Part shown: positions 37,676 to 50,551 of the stretch, piece by piece
Layout of the letters: each line of letters starts with the position of its first letter
Position numbering within the stretch: the first letter of the stretch is position 1
From: Chiloscyllium plagiosum
Lineage: Eukaryota
Assembly (NCBI RefSeq): GCF_004010195.1
Contig: NC_057718.1
Location: 77,140,079 to 77,204,078 of the forward strand
Direction: 5' to 3'
Length of the DNA: 64,000 nt
Notes under the pieces: model-generated
Database searches by the model: none
What the model saw: only the letters and a program-made list of their open reading frames with translations
What the model was told of the DNA's origin: nothing
Made by a program: the position numbers and the translations under genes

Positions 37676-38850
37676 TAGAGTCATAGAATCATAGAATCCT
37701 ATAGCACAGAAACAGGCTTTTTGACTCAAACTGGTCCATGCTGATGAAAATGTTCATCCACGCTAAGCCCATTTCCCTGCACTTAGCACATATCCTGCTA
37801 AACCTTTCCTGTCCATGTGTTTGCCCAAATGCCTTTTAAATGTTGTTACTGTACCCGCCTCAACTACTTCTGCTGGCAGCTCATTCCAAATGCGTACTAC
37901 CCTCTGTGTAAAAACGTTGCCCCTCAGGTTGCCTTTTATTCTTTCCCCTCTAACCTTAAACTGATGCCTTCTAGTCCTTAATTCCCCAACCCTGGGAAAA
38001 AGACTGTGAGTATTCACCCTATCCATGCCTCTCATGGTCTTACACACTTCTATAAGGCCTCCCCTCAGTCTCCTATTCTCTAAAGAAAAAAGTTCTACCT
38101 TTTCCAACCTCTCCCTATAACTCAGCCTGTTGTGTTCAGGCAACATCCTTGTAAATTTCTTCTGCACTCTTTCCAATTTAATAACATTCTTCCTCTAGCA
38201 AGGTGATCAAAACTGAACACAATATTCCAAGTGCGGCCTCACTAACGCCCTGCACAACTGCCCATATAACTTCCCAGCTTCTATACTCAATGCCCTGACT
38301 GATGAAGGCCAATGTGCCAAATGCCTTCTTCACTGCCCTGTCTACCTATGACTCCACTTTTAGAGAACCGTGCACCTGAACTCCAAGGTCCCTCTCTTCC
38401 ACATCCTTCTTAAGGCCCCACCTTTCACCATGAAACTCCTACCTTGTTTTGACTTTCTGAAATACAGTACTTCACACTTATTTATATTAAACTCCATTTG
38501 CCATTTCTCGGCTCACTTCCCCAGCTGATCAAGGTGCTGCTGCAATTTCTGATAACCTTCCACAGTGTCCACACTACGGCCTATTTTAGTGTTATCTGCA
38601 AAGTTACTAATCATGCCTTGTACATTCTCATCCAAATCATTAATCTAGATTACAAACAGCAATGGGCCCAGCACCAATCCCTGAGGCACTCCACTATTCA
38701 CAGGCTTCCAGTCAAATAAGCATTACTCTCTACTATTACCCTCTGCTTCCTACCATCAAGCCAATTGTGTATCCAATTTGCCAGGTCCCCTTGGATTCCA
38801 TGCAATCTAACTTTCTGGAGCAGCCTACCATGTAGAACTATCAAAAGTCT
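37676..38850 (-). mobile_element. CR1 LINE, 5'-truncated, nested antisense in an older CR1
   Basis: ERVQKKFTRMLP...NVFTQRVVRIWNELP; (tctatga)n tail at the left end. Confidence 0.93.
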
Positions 38851-40113
38851 TGTTCTTGTGAAAATGAAGGATAAGGATGGTAAGTTTCGGGAACCTTGGA
38901 TGACGAGAAATTGAGAGCTTAGTCAAAAAGAAAAAGGAGGCTTATGTAAGCTTTAGGAAACTGAAACAAACTGCTCTTGAAGAATACAAAGAAAGCAGAA
39001 AAGAACTCAAACAAGGAATTAGGAAGGCTAAAAGGACCATGATATGTCTTTGGCAAACAGGATTAAGCAAAATCCCATGGCATTTTATCTATATATAATG
39101 GACAAGAGGGTGGCTAGGGAAAGGGTAGGTCTGCTCAAGGACAAAGGAGGAAATTTATGCATGGAGTCAGAGGATATGTTTGAGGTCCTTAATGAATACT
39201 TTGCATTGGTATTCATAAAGGAGAAGCACATCGTAGATGGTGAATCTCAGGAGGGGTATATGGACATAAAAAAGGAGAAGGCATTGTGTGTTTTGAAAAG
39301 CATTAAGGACCTGATGGGATCTATACCACAATGCTAATGGGGCAGTTGGGGCCTTGTACAAAATCTTTGTATTCTCTTTTGTCACAGGAGAGATGCCAGA
39401 GGACTGGAGAATAGCCAAAGTTGTTCACTTGATAAGAAGGGTAACAGGGATAATCTGGGAAATTACAGGCTGCTGATCCTTACATCAGTGGTAGGGAAAT
39501 TATTGGAAAAGTTTCTTAGGGATAGGGTTTACTCCCATTTAGAAAAATATATACTTACTAGCAATAGGCAACATAGCTTTGTGCAGGGGAAAGTTGTCTC
39601 TCAAACTTGATAGAGGTTTTTGAGGAAGTGACAAAGATGTTTGATGAGGGCAGGGCATTGGATGTTATCTACATGGATTTTAGCAAAGCCTTTGACAAGG
39701 TCCCTCATGGCAGGCTGATACAAAAAGTGAGGTCCCATGGGATCCGCAGTGAGCTGGTAAGATGGATGCAGAACTGGCTTAGTCATGGATGATAGAGAGT
39801 AATGGTGAAAGAGCGTTTTTCTGACTGGAGATTTGTGACCAGTGGCAATCCACAGAAATCAGTGCTCAGATGCCTGTTGTTTGTAGTATTTATATATGGA
39901 GAACGAAGGTAGCCTGATAAGTAAGATTGTGGATGATACAAAGATTGCAGATAGTGAGGAGGATTACCAGAAGGATACAGCAAGATGTAGATAGACTGGA
40001 GACTTGGACAGAGAAATGGCAAATGGAGTTTAATCCAGCCAAATGGCTAGGTGATGCGTTTTGCAAGATCTAGTACAAGAGGGAGTATACAGTAAATATC
40101 AGAGCCCTTAGTG

Positions 40114-42255
40114 CAGGGGTGGGCAATTAATTCTTCCAAGGGGCCACATGAGAAACCTGAGTTGTGTTGGAGGGCCGAACCAACAATAAATTGTACATAA
40201 TTCTGCTCAGTATTAATTTTTCTCCCATTGTAAAAAGTACTAAATTATATAGTTTTGCACTGAAACTTATAATCAAAAGAATAAGGATATTCTGTTACAA
40301 TAAAGATATGAAATTGTAGAGTAGGTCAAATATGGAAGAAATAAACAATAAAAACAATAATTTCAGTATTTCATTTTATTTTTAACATGTTAATCTCACA
40401 AACCAATAATGAAGAGTTGTTTCATTATTGTTCAGTATTACAAACAACAAACAACTCTATACAAAAAGCAATAAGTGCTTTTGATGTTTTTCAGTTCATT
40501 TTGCTTGTTTAGTGAGAAAACTCCAGTCTGTTTTGGGCTTGAACAAGTGCACTGAAAACTGGTTGAATGTCTGAGGTGGATATGCGAAGGACAGCTGAGA
40601 GGTGATCATCAGTGATAGAGGATCTGTATTTGGATTTGTTGAACTTCATCACTGAGAATGTCTGTTTGCATATATAGGTAGATACAAAGAGGACTAGAAT
40701 CTTCTGAGCATGCCTCCTCATGTGTGGAAAGTTCTCCTCTTTGAGGGAAGAGTAAAAATCAAGCAGTGAGACTGACCTAAAGTACTCTGCCAGAAGTGTG
40801 TCAGACTGCAGGTCAATGAGTTCAAGCTGAACATCACTAGGTGCATTCTCCACATTGCATGTAAATGGGGAAAAAATCTTGTGCATTTCATTCTCAACAG
40901 TTTTAAAGTCTTGAAATCACCTTGAAAATTCACCATGCAGTGCTTCTAACACAGATGAGTACCTGTGGAGGTGATCAGCTGAAGGTGCGGCTTCCTTCAG
41001 TATTGGCAAGTGGGTGAGAATGTTGTCCTCCATTTGGCTTGAGAGAAGCTGCAACTTTCTCATAAAAGCCTTCACCAAGTTGTACATTTCATGCACAAAA
41101 AGGCCCTTGCACTGCAGTTTCACATTTAGTTCATTCATAAGTGCAGTCAAATCAACAGCAAAACCAAGGTCTGCAATCCAGTCTGCATCTGAAAGCTGTG
41201 GAATGCCATTCCCTTTCTTCACACAGAAATCTTGAATCTCTTCTGTCAGGTCCCATACACTTTTCAGCATTTTGCCCAGGCTGAGCAGTAGCCTATGTCA
41301 TGATGTTCAGTCTCATTTTCCTCCAAAAGTGCAACAAACTGCCTGTGATTCAAAGCTCTTGCCCTGTTGAAGTTAACTATTTTAGTTACAACATCAACCA
41401 CATGGTTAATTTTTAACACTGACTTACACAACACTTCCTGATATATAATACAATGCAAAAATACCAATTTCTGTCAGGGTTAATTTCTGTCACTTTATCC
41501 TGCATTCTCTTTAAGAGTCCAACATTTTTTCCCATTAGATTTGGACAACCATCCGTTGTCACACCCGCCAGCTTGTCCTGTTTTCGTCCCGAGTCCAAAC
41601 ATGCATTTACTTCCGTGAACAAATCATTACCAGTTGTTGTTCCTTTCATTGACTGCATGGCTGCCAGCTCCTCCGTGATTTTAAAGTCCGTAGTTACCCC
41701 ACGTACAAAGATGAGTAGCTGGGCTGTGTCACATACGTCGCAGCTCTCATCCAAAGCCAAGGAAAAAAAGTCAAAGTTGACCGCTCTGTGCTGCAGCTGA
41801 AGCTCCAGATTTCTCATGATGTCCCCATTCCTTCTTGTTACAGTGCGTTGGGAGAGGGGCACATTCTCAAATGCCTCTTTTTTTCTCCGGGCATATTAGT
41901 TCTGCAGAGTCCAACAAGCACTCCTTAATAAACTCTCCTTCAGAAAACGGTTTACTGTTTCTGGCTATTTTGTGGGATATGACATAACTTGTCTTGGCGT
42001 GAGCTGACATTTTGAGGGCTAGCCAGCAAGCATCACTTTTAGCTGTTCACGCACGCACGCACATACACGCGCATGTGCGTCCATATGTAAATAAACAAAG
42101 CATCCTTTTCAAAACAAAAGCAACACAGTTGTATTGCGTGCATTGCGTAAATACTTTTTCATTTATGTTCTAATTTAAGATTGACCTCATGCGGGCCGGA
42201 CAGGAATGACCCAAGCGCCGGATATGGCCCACGGGCCGTAAAATGCCCAGGTCTG
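40114..42255 (-). mobile_element. hAT DNA transposon (Buster/Charlie-type), internally deleted
   Basis: Perfect 8-bp TSD ccttagtg (40106-40113, 42256-42263) with central TA; imperfect TIRs CAGGGGTGGGCAATT / CAGACCTGGGCATTT. Confidence 0.95.
40509..42030 (-). pseudogene. hAT transposase (GTF2IRD2/EPM2AIP1-like family), frameshifted, N-terminus missing
   Basis: FSLALDESCD..DTAQLLIFVRG, GVTTDGCPNL, FLHCII.QEVLC, LMNELNVKLQ, STYICKQTFSVMK..KSKYRSSITDDHL. Confidence 0.92.
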
Positions 42256-43329
42256 CCTTAGTGACATTGACATACAGAGCAATCTAGTTGTACAAATCCA
42301 CACTTCCCTGAAAGTGGCAACACAGTAGATAAGGCGATCAAGAAGGCATATGGTATGTTTGCCTTTATTGGTTGGGGCACAGAGTATAAAATTGGCAAGT
42401 CATGTTGAGCTGTATAATACTTTAGTTAGGCCACATTTGGAATATTTTGTGCAGTTCTGATCACTAGCTACCAGAAGGATATGAAGGCCTTTGAAGATGA
42501 TACAGGAACAGTTTACTAAGATTTGGAGGGTTTTTTTCACTTGAGCATCAAAACATGAGGGTGACGTGATAGAAGCTTACAAAATTATGAGAGGCATAGA
42601 TAGTCAGAGTCTCTTTCCCATGATAGAAATGTCAATTACTAGCAGACATAGGTTTAAGTTAAAAGGGGGAAGTTTGAGGGAGATATGAGTGGTAAACATC
42701 TGGAATGTGCTGCCAGAGGAGGTGGTGGAGGCAGATACAATAGCAATGTTTAAGAGGAATTTGACAGATATATGAATAGGTGGGGAATAGAGGGATGCAG
42801 AACATGCTGAGGCAAAAGAGTTTTAGTTTTGAAAGGCATCGTGTTGGTGCAGTCATGGTGGGCCAGCAGGCCTGTTCCTGTGCAGTATTGTTCTTTATTC
42901 TTGGTTCTTCCAATTCACTTCTCCATCCCTACTCATCATCCCATTTCCTCCAATCCACCCTCTGGCTTCCTCTTACTTTTGTCTTTGATTTTCTCCTATT
43001 CTTCTTAACTCATCTATGTCCAGTTACTTTAATCTATTTTCCATTGACTCAGTTTGACCCAGAAAGTATGCTTAGCATTTGACTTCCTTTATGAGATTAG
43101 GAAATATATCACAGATGTACATTAAAAGGCACACGTTGATGTACATTAAAATCTGACAAACCAGTTTAATCAATGATATAATTTACAGTCTATTTCAAGC
43201 CTCATACAACAAGGATCTAATGTAACACCCACACCCTGTTCACCAGAATGTATCTTTGATGGTAAATAATTTGTAATTTTATCACAGATTGCTAACTAAT
43301 ATCCACAATCATATATGGTGAAAATATTG

Positions 43330-43671
43330 ATTTGGAGATGCCGATGTTGGACTGGAGTGTACAAAGTTAAAAATCACACAACACCAAGTTATAGGCCAAC
43401 AGGTTTATTTGGAAGCACTAGCTTTCGGAGCGCTGCTCCTTCATCAGGTGGTTGTGGAGTATAAGATCGTAAGACACAGAATTTATAATGAAAGTTTAAT
43501 GAATTTATAATGAATTTATAATGAAAGTATAATTTCAGTTACATCACACTGTAAACTTTTGTTATAAATTCTGTGTCTTACGATCTTAGATTCCACAACC
43601 ACCTGATGAAGGAACAGTGCTCTGAAAACTAGTGCTTCCAATTATACCTGTTGGACTATAACCTGGTATTG
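43330..43671. mobile_element. Non-coding hairpin PLE-derived element with two opposed hammerhead motifs
   Basis: Arms ~43375-43488 and 43562-43675; TSD ggtgaaa(a/c)tattg at 43317-43329 and 43672-43684; aatttataatg repeats in the spacer. Confidence 0.85.
43416..43450 (-). ncRNA. Minimal hammerhead motif, intact core
   Basis: cac-CUGAUGA-a-ggagc-agc-gcucc-GAAA-gc-UA-gug; stem I cac/gug; palindromic AGCU. Confidence 0.8.
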
Positions 43672-43844
43672 GGTGAAACTATTGCCATTCATTTAATCTC
43701 CAGTTTTAATTGCTTGACTAGTCAGGAACACAGGATGGCCAAAAACCATGGAATTCTGTAAGTCAGGATTCTCCCCACAGTGTAGCTTTAACTCCAAAGT
43801 ATGTTCATAACATCACTAATTGAATTCACAAAATCACAAATGTT

Positions 43845-44210
43845 AAGAACAGGAGCAGGACCATTTGACACTCAAGCCTGTTCTGCCATTCAATAAGATC
43901 AAGGCTGATCTAATTATGACCTCAACTCCGCCTGTTTGGCCTTCATTGTTTTGATTCCTTTGTCAATCAAAAGTCTACCTAACTCAGCCTTGAATATATT
44001 CAATCACCCAACCTCTTTGCTTCTCTGATGAAGAGAATTCCTCAGAATAACCGTTGTCTCGGAAAATAAAATTGTTCATCACAGACTGAAATGGAAAAGC
44101 CCTAATTTTTAAACATTCTCCAGCTTAATATACTCCTGGAGAATGGGAAACATCATTTCACCATCCATCTTATGAAGTAACTTCAGGATCACCTTTTGTT
44201 CTTGTAAACA
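43845..44210 (-). mobile_element. Older CR1 3' fragment
   Basis: 3'UTR aagaacaggagcaggaccatt...gccattcaataagatc pattern. Confidence 0.65.
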
Positions 44211-44279
44211 CCAATTCACTGCATTGGCTTTCAGTTAGGCATGGAGTATTTTTGATAAAGGTCAACTATTTCACTATTC

Positions 44280-44660
44280 TCACTAGTGGGCAGGGGAGGG
44301 GGAGGTGACCATCTTTAAAGTAGGGGAGAGGGAACAATCGAATGTGGCCAGGGAACAGAGTCAATTAAGGGAATTGTCAAAATCAGGGATGGAATGATGG
44401 AAAGGACTCACAGGCTTGAATGCATGACTGGGGCAAAGATTGTCAGAGACCTTCTGGAAGAGAGATTGGAGGCCTAGGGCAAGGATTGCATTCCTAATGG
44501 AGAACAGAGAGTGTTTTATAACCTTATCTGTGGTGGGATGGAGTGCTAATTCAGATTGTGGAGAGGATGAGATTGTAGATGTTGTGGAGAAGAACAGAGT
44601 TTTGGTAGCATGGGTGTTAAAGAAGTTTCCCAGGTAGGCACAATGCAATCACTAATTTTT
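44280..44660 (-). mobile_element. Old L2-like ORF2 fragment
   Basis: Pyrimidine-rich minus strand with a degenerate LINE-like peptide; weak. Confidence 0.35.
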
Positions 44661-45822
44661 TGGATTTAGCAAAGTGTTCATCTTAATGTAACTGTTAGTT
44701 TCCTTTATGTTTGAGAATCGCTACTGACCAGACCAAACCAGGAATGTTGAATGATAATAAAGTTTAAAATACTAATCTACCTCCTTGAAGTGATTTGGCT
44801 ACCTGCTTAAACTTAGATCAGCAGTCTGATTTTTAAGAATTAAATCCTGACTTCCCCATTACCTGACCTAAACCCATTTATTGTCAATTAAAATTCTGCC
44901 CAGCATGCATCTGAAAGATATGTGCTTGGATGAATGATAATCACTTTAGTTTACAGGCCTTATGGAGAAATCCTGACATATACGATCGGAAACATCCCCC
45001 TTCTGCTTCCTTTGATAAGATTTAGCTGAGTAAGAAGGTTTAAAACAGGAGACCTGAGGTGAAATGGAACTGGGAGTTAAAAAATATGAGGTAATAATCT
45101 TGCAGTTAAAATGGTTAGGTAATGCAAACACCTCACAAAAAGAGTCAGGATTTGTATTTATTATGTTTTCCATTTTTTGGTGAAAGAAATAAATGACTTT
45201 TGGTTTGACTATTACTCTGTATGTTCTGTTGCTATTTAATAAAGCAGCTGAACAGTTCATTCCAGACTTGTTTCACATATGGTTCTCAACTTTCTCTGAT
45301 AGAAACTGGAGCAGTTGAGTACAAGTGAAATGTGCTATATCTGGTTCAGTTATATGTCCAGGTTATATGTACATATAATTAGATATTGGGTAGGACCAAT
45401 ATACTTCTGAATATGGAGCATTTAGACCACTTACAAGAGTAACAAGCATCATTTTGAGAGAACATCCAGAGGATATTCAAAATCAGTAACATTTACCTCA
45501 AATATGATATCAAGTCCACATAAATATCTGAGAAAATAGAAATACTGATGGTCATAAAATTCTTAATTTAGAAATAATCTAAGAAATAGTAGTCAAAATT
45601 TAGATGTGGTTTAAAAAATGGCTAAAAGGTTTTAAAGCAGCTATTTTCAGGTTGTTATCTATTTCTAGTGATGAATAATGTCAGAACAATGGAAGATAGT
45701 TCCAATAAATCTGACTTCATAACAAAGGTTTCAGTGCAGGAATAGCATAGAGAAGTTACAGAATCAGAAAAAGACTGGAGAGAATATTGCTGAGAAAAAG
45801 AGACATGCTATCAAAATGTTTT

Positions 45823-46128
45823 GATTACATTAGATTACTTACAGTGTGGAAACAGGCCCTTTGGCCCAACAAGTCCACACCGACCCGCCGAAGCGTAATC
45901 CACCCAGACACATTCCCCAACATTTACCCCTTCACTTAACACTACGGGCAATTTAGCATGGCCCTAACCTGCATATTTTTGGATTGTGGGAGGAAACCGG
46001 AGCACCCGGAGGAAACCCACGCAAACAATGTGCAAACTCCACACAGAGAGTCACCTGAGGCTGGAATTGAACCCGGGTCTCTGGCACTGTGAGGCAGCAG
46101 TGCTAATCACTATGCCACCGTGCCGCCC
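45823..46128 (-). mobile_element. HE1/V-SINE-type tRNA-derived SINE, full length
   Basis: Head GGGCGGCACGGTGGCATAGTG (A box), GGTTCAATTCC (B box), V-domain-like core, CR1-like tail. Confidence 0.88.
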
Positions 46129-46242
46129 AAATATTTGTTTAAATGTTCCACTGTTCATTTATTAATCTTCCCATTAATCTATTTTCACATTAGATACTCT
46201 TTCTTCATTCCTCTGTAAATGCCCTTGTTTGAGTTGTGGTTA

Positions 46243-46372
46243 TTGATTAGATTACTTACAGTGTGGAAACAGGCCTTTCAGCCCAACAAATCTACACCAA
46301 CCCTCCGAAGAACAACCCACCCAGACCTATTCCCTTACATTTTACCCCTTCACCTAACACTACGGGCAATTT
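46243..46372 (-). mobile_element. 3' fragment of the same SINE
   Basis: Near copy of 45829-45952. Confidence 0.8.
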
Positions 46373-47612
46373 GTCTACTTGCCAACAAATTAGCACCCTT
46401 TTCTCACATAATATAAATTCTTGTTCCCTTTGAAATTTGGTATTTTTGCAATTCTGTCCAGATTAATAAAAAAATGAAAAGCTTCAGTGGTTTATTTTTT
46501 TTACAGAAATACAACATTTTTTGTTGGAGCAAGTCATAATTGGAAAATATGACAGTAAACATTTGCAAAGGATCACATTTTGCAACAAGCTAAATCCTTA
46601 TTTAATGTGTAACAATTGCATTGTTGTGACCATTACTAGTTTCCTTTTATTTTTTTCTCATTTTCGGTTTGGAACTGAGTTGCATTTGAGAATAGAACTT
46701 TGAATTTTGAACAGCAGCTTGTTTCGATAAAGAACAGAGCACAAAAAACAGATGTTTTCCTGGAAACATAATGCAGGTTGATTACTGTACTAAGGACACT
46801 AGATGATTCAGCACAAGATGTTATGCTAAAGGACTGGTTAGATGTTGAATTTCTCAATCAAGGGAGGACTGGTACTGACTAGCCAATTACAGAAAATGTT
46901 GAAGAAGAATGGAAGACAAGGAATGAACTGGCTCTACTTGAGTTTTTGAGCAAGAAGCAGTTTTTTTTTAGAAACTGCTAAACCGGAAAGCAGTTTTTTT
47001 TTAGTTTTGCTCTTTCTCACCATCATTGACTTGTTGAAAGTCCTGAGGAAAGAACTCTATAAGAAGTAAGTATAATATCTCAAGAAATCTGCAGAAGCTG
47101 TTTGCATTGACTGGTGACTCTGGAATTCACCAGTCTATAAGACTGTAAGACATACAATTCTGTGCACCTTTACAAGGGATTTCATAAAGACCAAATGTGC
47201 ATCATTGAAACAACTATAAAACTATCAAATTATAAATCTTTTATTTTCTTCTACTAATTTCTTAACTGTGTCTGTCCATCTGTGTGTGAGTGGGCTATAT
47301 ATTCAAAGAGATTTGGAGATCATAGATATTAATTAGGTTGCCTTGTTCATCTGTGTTCTACTATAATTTATTAAGACTACATTGTTGATTTTTTTCAAGT
47401 TAAAAACTTGGTATCATGTATCTGTTATTTGTAAAGTCTGATTAGGCGCAATAAAGCAATTTTGAGGGTCATTAAATATTCTAACGTCACTCTGTTACAA
47501 ATCCAGTGATAAAAATGCTGATTTGGTCTGGTTTGCTATCTTTATATTGTATCAGCATCATAGCGTTTCTTTGAATCTAATGCAAAAACAAATCTTTTTG
47601 GTTGTTCTACAG

Positions 47613-49221
47613 GATATTAATGAAGTGAAGGTGGCTCCAAAAAAGACTTTCCTGAAGCGTGGAGAAGGCATTGCACGCTTTGAGAAGAACAAAGAAAATA
47701 TCCTCAAGGAAGAAAACAGGAGTCCAGTTTGCAAATCCACCAAACAATTTCCTAAAAAAGTTAGTTTTAGCAGTCAACACCGATTTTCCTTACCCTTGCT
47801 CAATGAGAATAAAAAACATCAGAACAAAAAGCAATTAATTTCAAAAAAACAAGTTGATAGTTCAGAACTTGTGGAATCAAAAGCAATGAAGTCTGTCTGT
47901 ATTGATAACTCCCTGGAAGAGACCAAAATAAAGGATCACACATTGAAAGAAAAACTGGACGAAATCAAGAATAGTACAGATGAGGGTATTCAAAGTGACA
48001 TAAACGTAGCAGAACCACCAATCAAAGTTGAATCGCCTCATAAATACTCTGACAGAAGGAAGAGTGGATGCCACCATGTTCAGCAGGACAGTCAAGAAGA
48101 GGATATTACCACTCTAGAGGAATCCCAAGGAAGAACTAGTAAAGGAAGTTTAAACATAAATGCTCTAGAAAATCAGCACTTAATTGGAGTTGATTTACAA
48201 TTAAAGAATTGCCCAAATAGTTTTTCCCATGAAAGCATGGAGAGGCAGAACCAAGGCCAACAAATTGGACAGATTAAGATGAACCAGCTACAGGAATCTT
48301 CAAATGAACAGCCATATTTCAATAAGGTTTCTCATCTGGAATGCTTAAGTAATAAGAGAACAGAAAATATAGACCAGACGACCAATCTGGACCAACAGCA
48401 GGCAGAGAAAGCCCAAAATGAAGATATAGCCAGTAACACAGATTCCAAAAAGTTGCTGGACAGAATAAGTCCAAGCATAGGCTTTAAAAGAATAAATGAC
48501 AAAATAATTCAAGTTGCTACTGATGGTTTACTGTGCCAGAGTGCAAATTTCAGAAACCAGCAAATAAAAGATCATGACATGGATAGTTTTAGAACTACGG
48601 GATTGGTACCACTCGCGAATAATGAACATAGTCTGGGCTTTGTTTTAAAGAACAACAGTCTAAGTTGTGGTGCATCAAATGCTGAAACAGACAGTACTGA
48701 CAATGAGGATGTTTGTCCAAAATCTCAGTACCACACACACCCTATGAAAGAAATTCTACAAACTTCTGGTCAGACTGACAAAAACTTAGACTTGTCAGAT
48801 GATGTGGACTATGCGAGTGATGCCCCAAGTGAAATAGAAGAAACAAGTACAAGAGTTCAAACTTCTCAGCATTCTATATACTGTAGGTCAAAATCTGGAA
48901 AGTCTACTGTGAAACATAATGCACTGAGCAGCACCAGTAGCAGTGAAAATGAAACTTTAGAGCTCAAGACAAATGAAAGGAGATTTCATTTTCCAAATAA
49001 CAGGCCAACAAGAAATAAAAACAAGGTTATGAGAAGGAAGGCAAACTTTGTAAAAAAATGTGGCAGTAGTTTTACGAACACTCAAACTTGTGATTCTAAA
49101 GAACCAGATCTGATGCAACTTTCTACTTCTGGTCAGTCAGCAGTACTTCATTCTCAACCAAAGATGTCAAGAAATTCTGACCTTCCAGCGCAGATGAACT
49201 CAAGCAGTGCAAATATTCAAG
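47613..49221 (+). CDS. CENPJ: CENPJ-like large exon E (1609 nt, phase 0-1) with SAC motif KKTFLKRGEGIARF and a long low-complexity region
   Basis: Lies in the 570-aa ORF 47523-49235; acceptor gttctacag, donor AAG/gtatgt; FLKRGEGxARF is the SAS-4/CPAP tubulin-binding signature; also NLDLSDDVDYASD and RRKANFVKK resemble CPAP segments. Confidence 0.93.
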
Positions 49222-49814
49222 GTATGTATCTGTGAAGTGAAATTATTCAAATTCACACTCGAGCTGTGCAACTACAATTCATAATTTTGCTCATTTTAGC
49301 AAGTAGAGTATGGTGGAATGTATATAGGAAGTTCTGTTGTTGGAAGAGAATCTTTGAGGAGTGAGGAAGATATATTCTGATGTACTGCTTATAACTTTGA
49401 TTAAAGATTGATCGAAACTCTGAGCACTTAATACAAATAATCCTGCTTACACCACTTGACTGCTGCAACTTGGTGATGATGACCTTGATAACTCTCAAAC
49501 AAGCAGAATTGCAGATAAACAAATTGTGGTCATTGCTAAAAGCGACCTATTCTGATACACACTATGGTATTTAAATGGGTTTATGTATAAAGTCATTCTC
49601 AAGTAAAGTCTTTGAAAGATTAAAAGGAGAAAAAACATGACTATATTGCTGTACCATTCCTTTGTAGTAATTAATCTCCCGTGACGTTGCATACAGGCAA
49701 AAAAAGAAAAGTATGTGTGCACTAAATATGTTATATTTTGCCAATGCCATAAATAGTTGCAATAATTTTATAATAAGCAAGGAAAAAAATGCCAAAACAA
49801 GTCCTTCCTTATTA

Positions 49815-49932
49815 ATGGGAGAACGCTGGTAAGTGGAGCTGAAATGCGCATCAGCCATGATTGAATGGCGGAGTGGACTCGATGGGCCGAATGGCCTTAC
49901 TTCCACTCCTATGTCTTATGGTTTTATGGTCT
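49815..49932 (+). mobile_element. CR1 3'UTR tail fragment
   Basis: gatgggccgaatggcct...cctatgtcttatggt repeats. Confidence 0.65.
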
Positions 49933-50241
49933 TAATGTATCAGCACTGCCAAGTAATGCTACGTGTCTCTTTGTCAGAAGGTTGTTGGTTTAAACCTCAC
50001 ACGAGATTCTTTAAAACATAAAGGTAGAGTTTCAGTTTTGGATTTAGTCATTAATTCCAAAACAAATTGCCAATTTTGCAATTCGTTTACAGTAACTTCA
50101 ATGAACCAACAGGCTTGGGTGATGTTTTAATTTTTTTTGTACTGTTCTTGTAATATTTAAGAATGCTAACTTGGTACAGATTGAGTAGCTAGAATGGCTT
50201 GATCACAAAAAACAATAATTTTAGTAATGCTTTCTGCCTCT

Positions 50242-50551
50242 TTAGATTAGATTCCCTACAGTGTGGAAACAGGCCCTTCGGCCCAACCAGTCCACAGCAA
50301 CCTTCCGAAGAGTAACCCACCCAGCCCCATTTCCCTCTGACTAGAGCACCTAGCACTATGGGCAATTTAGCCTAGCCAATTCACCTAACCTGCACATCTT
50401 TGGACTGTGGGAGGAAACTGGAGCACCTAGAGGGGACCCACGCAGACACGGGGAGAACGTGCAAACTCCACACAGCCCGAGGCTGGAATCGAACCTGGGA
50501 CCCTGGTTGTGTGAAGCAACAGTGCTAACCACTGAGCCACCATGCCACCCC
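50242..50551 (-). mobile_element. HE1/V-SINE-type SINE, full length
   Basis: A/B boxes (TGGCTCAGTGG, GGTTCGATTCC), same core as 45823-46128, (atcta)n tail. Confidence 0.88.

Larger units (their letters stand above)
34845..42905 (+). mobile_element. Old near-full-length CR1 broken into pieces (~34845-36750, 37598-37675, 38851-40113, 42256-42905) by nested insertions
   Basis: ORF1 (IPLSNRYNVLDTV), EN, RT (DVIYMDFSKAFDKVPHGRL) and 3' end are collinear across the insertions. Confidence 0.8.

Noticed and set aside
40509..41862. Host GTF2IRD2/EPM2AIP1 gene
   Set aside because: Frameshifted and bounded by TIRs and a TSD, so a transposon copy rather than a domesticated gene
43189..43261. Open 73-nt segment between ag and gtaaat
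   Set aside because: Would frameshift exons D-E, weak polypyrimidine tract, no homology; only RNA-seq could rescue it as a poison exon
45823..46128. tRNA gene
   Set aside because: A/B boxes belong to SINE heads; no complete cloverleaf
46820..47500. Further solo LTRs (also ~7920-8450, ~14380-14650)
   Set aside because: TG/CA-like ends are suggestive, but I could not define TSDs or second copies
47523..47612. N-terminal 30 codons of the 570-aa ORF as a real start
   Set aside because: Non-ATG start in intronic pyrimidine-rich sequence upstream of a good acceptor; homology begins at 47613
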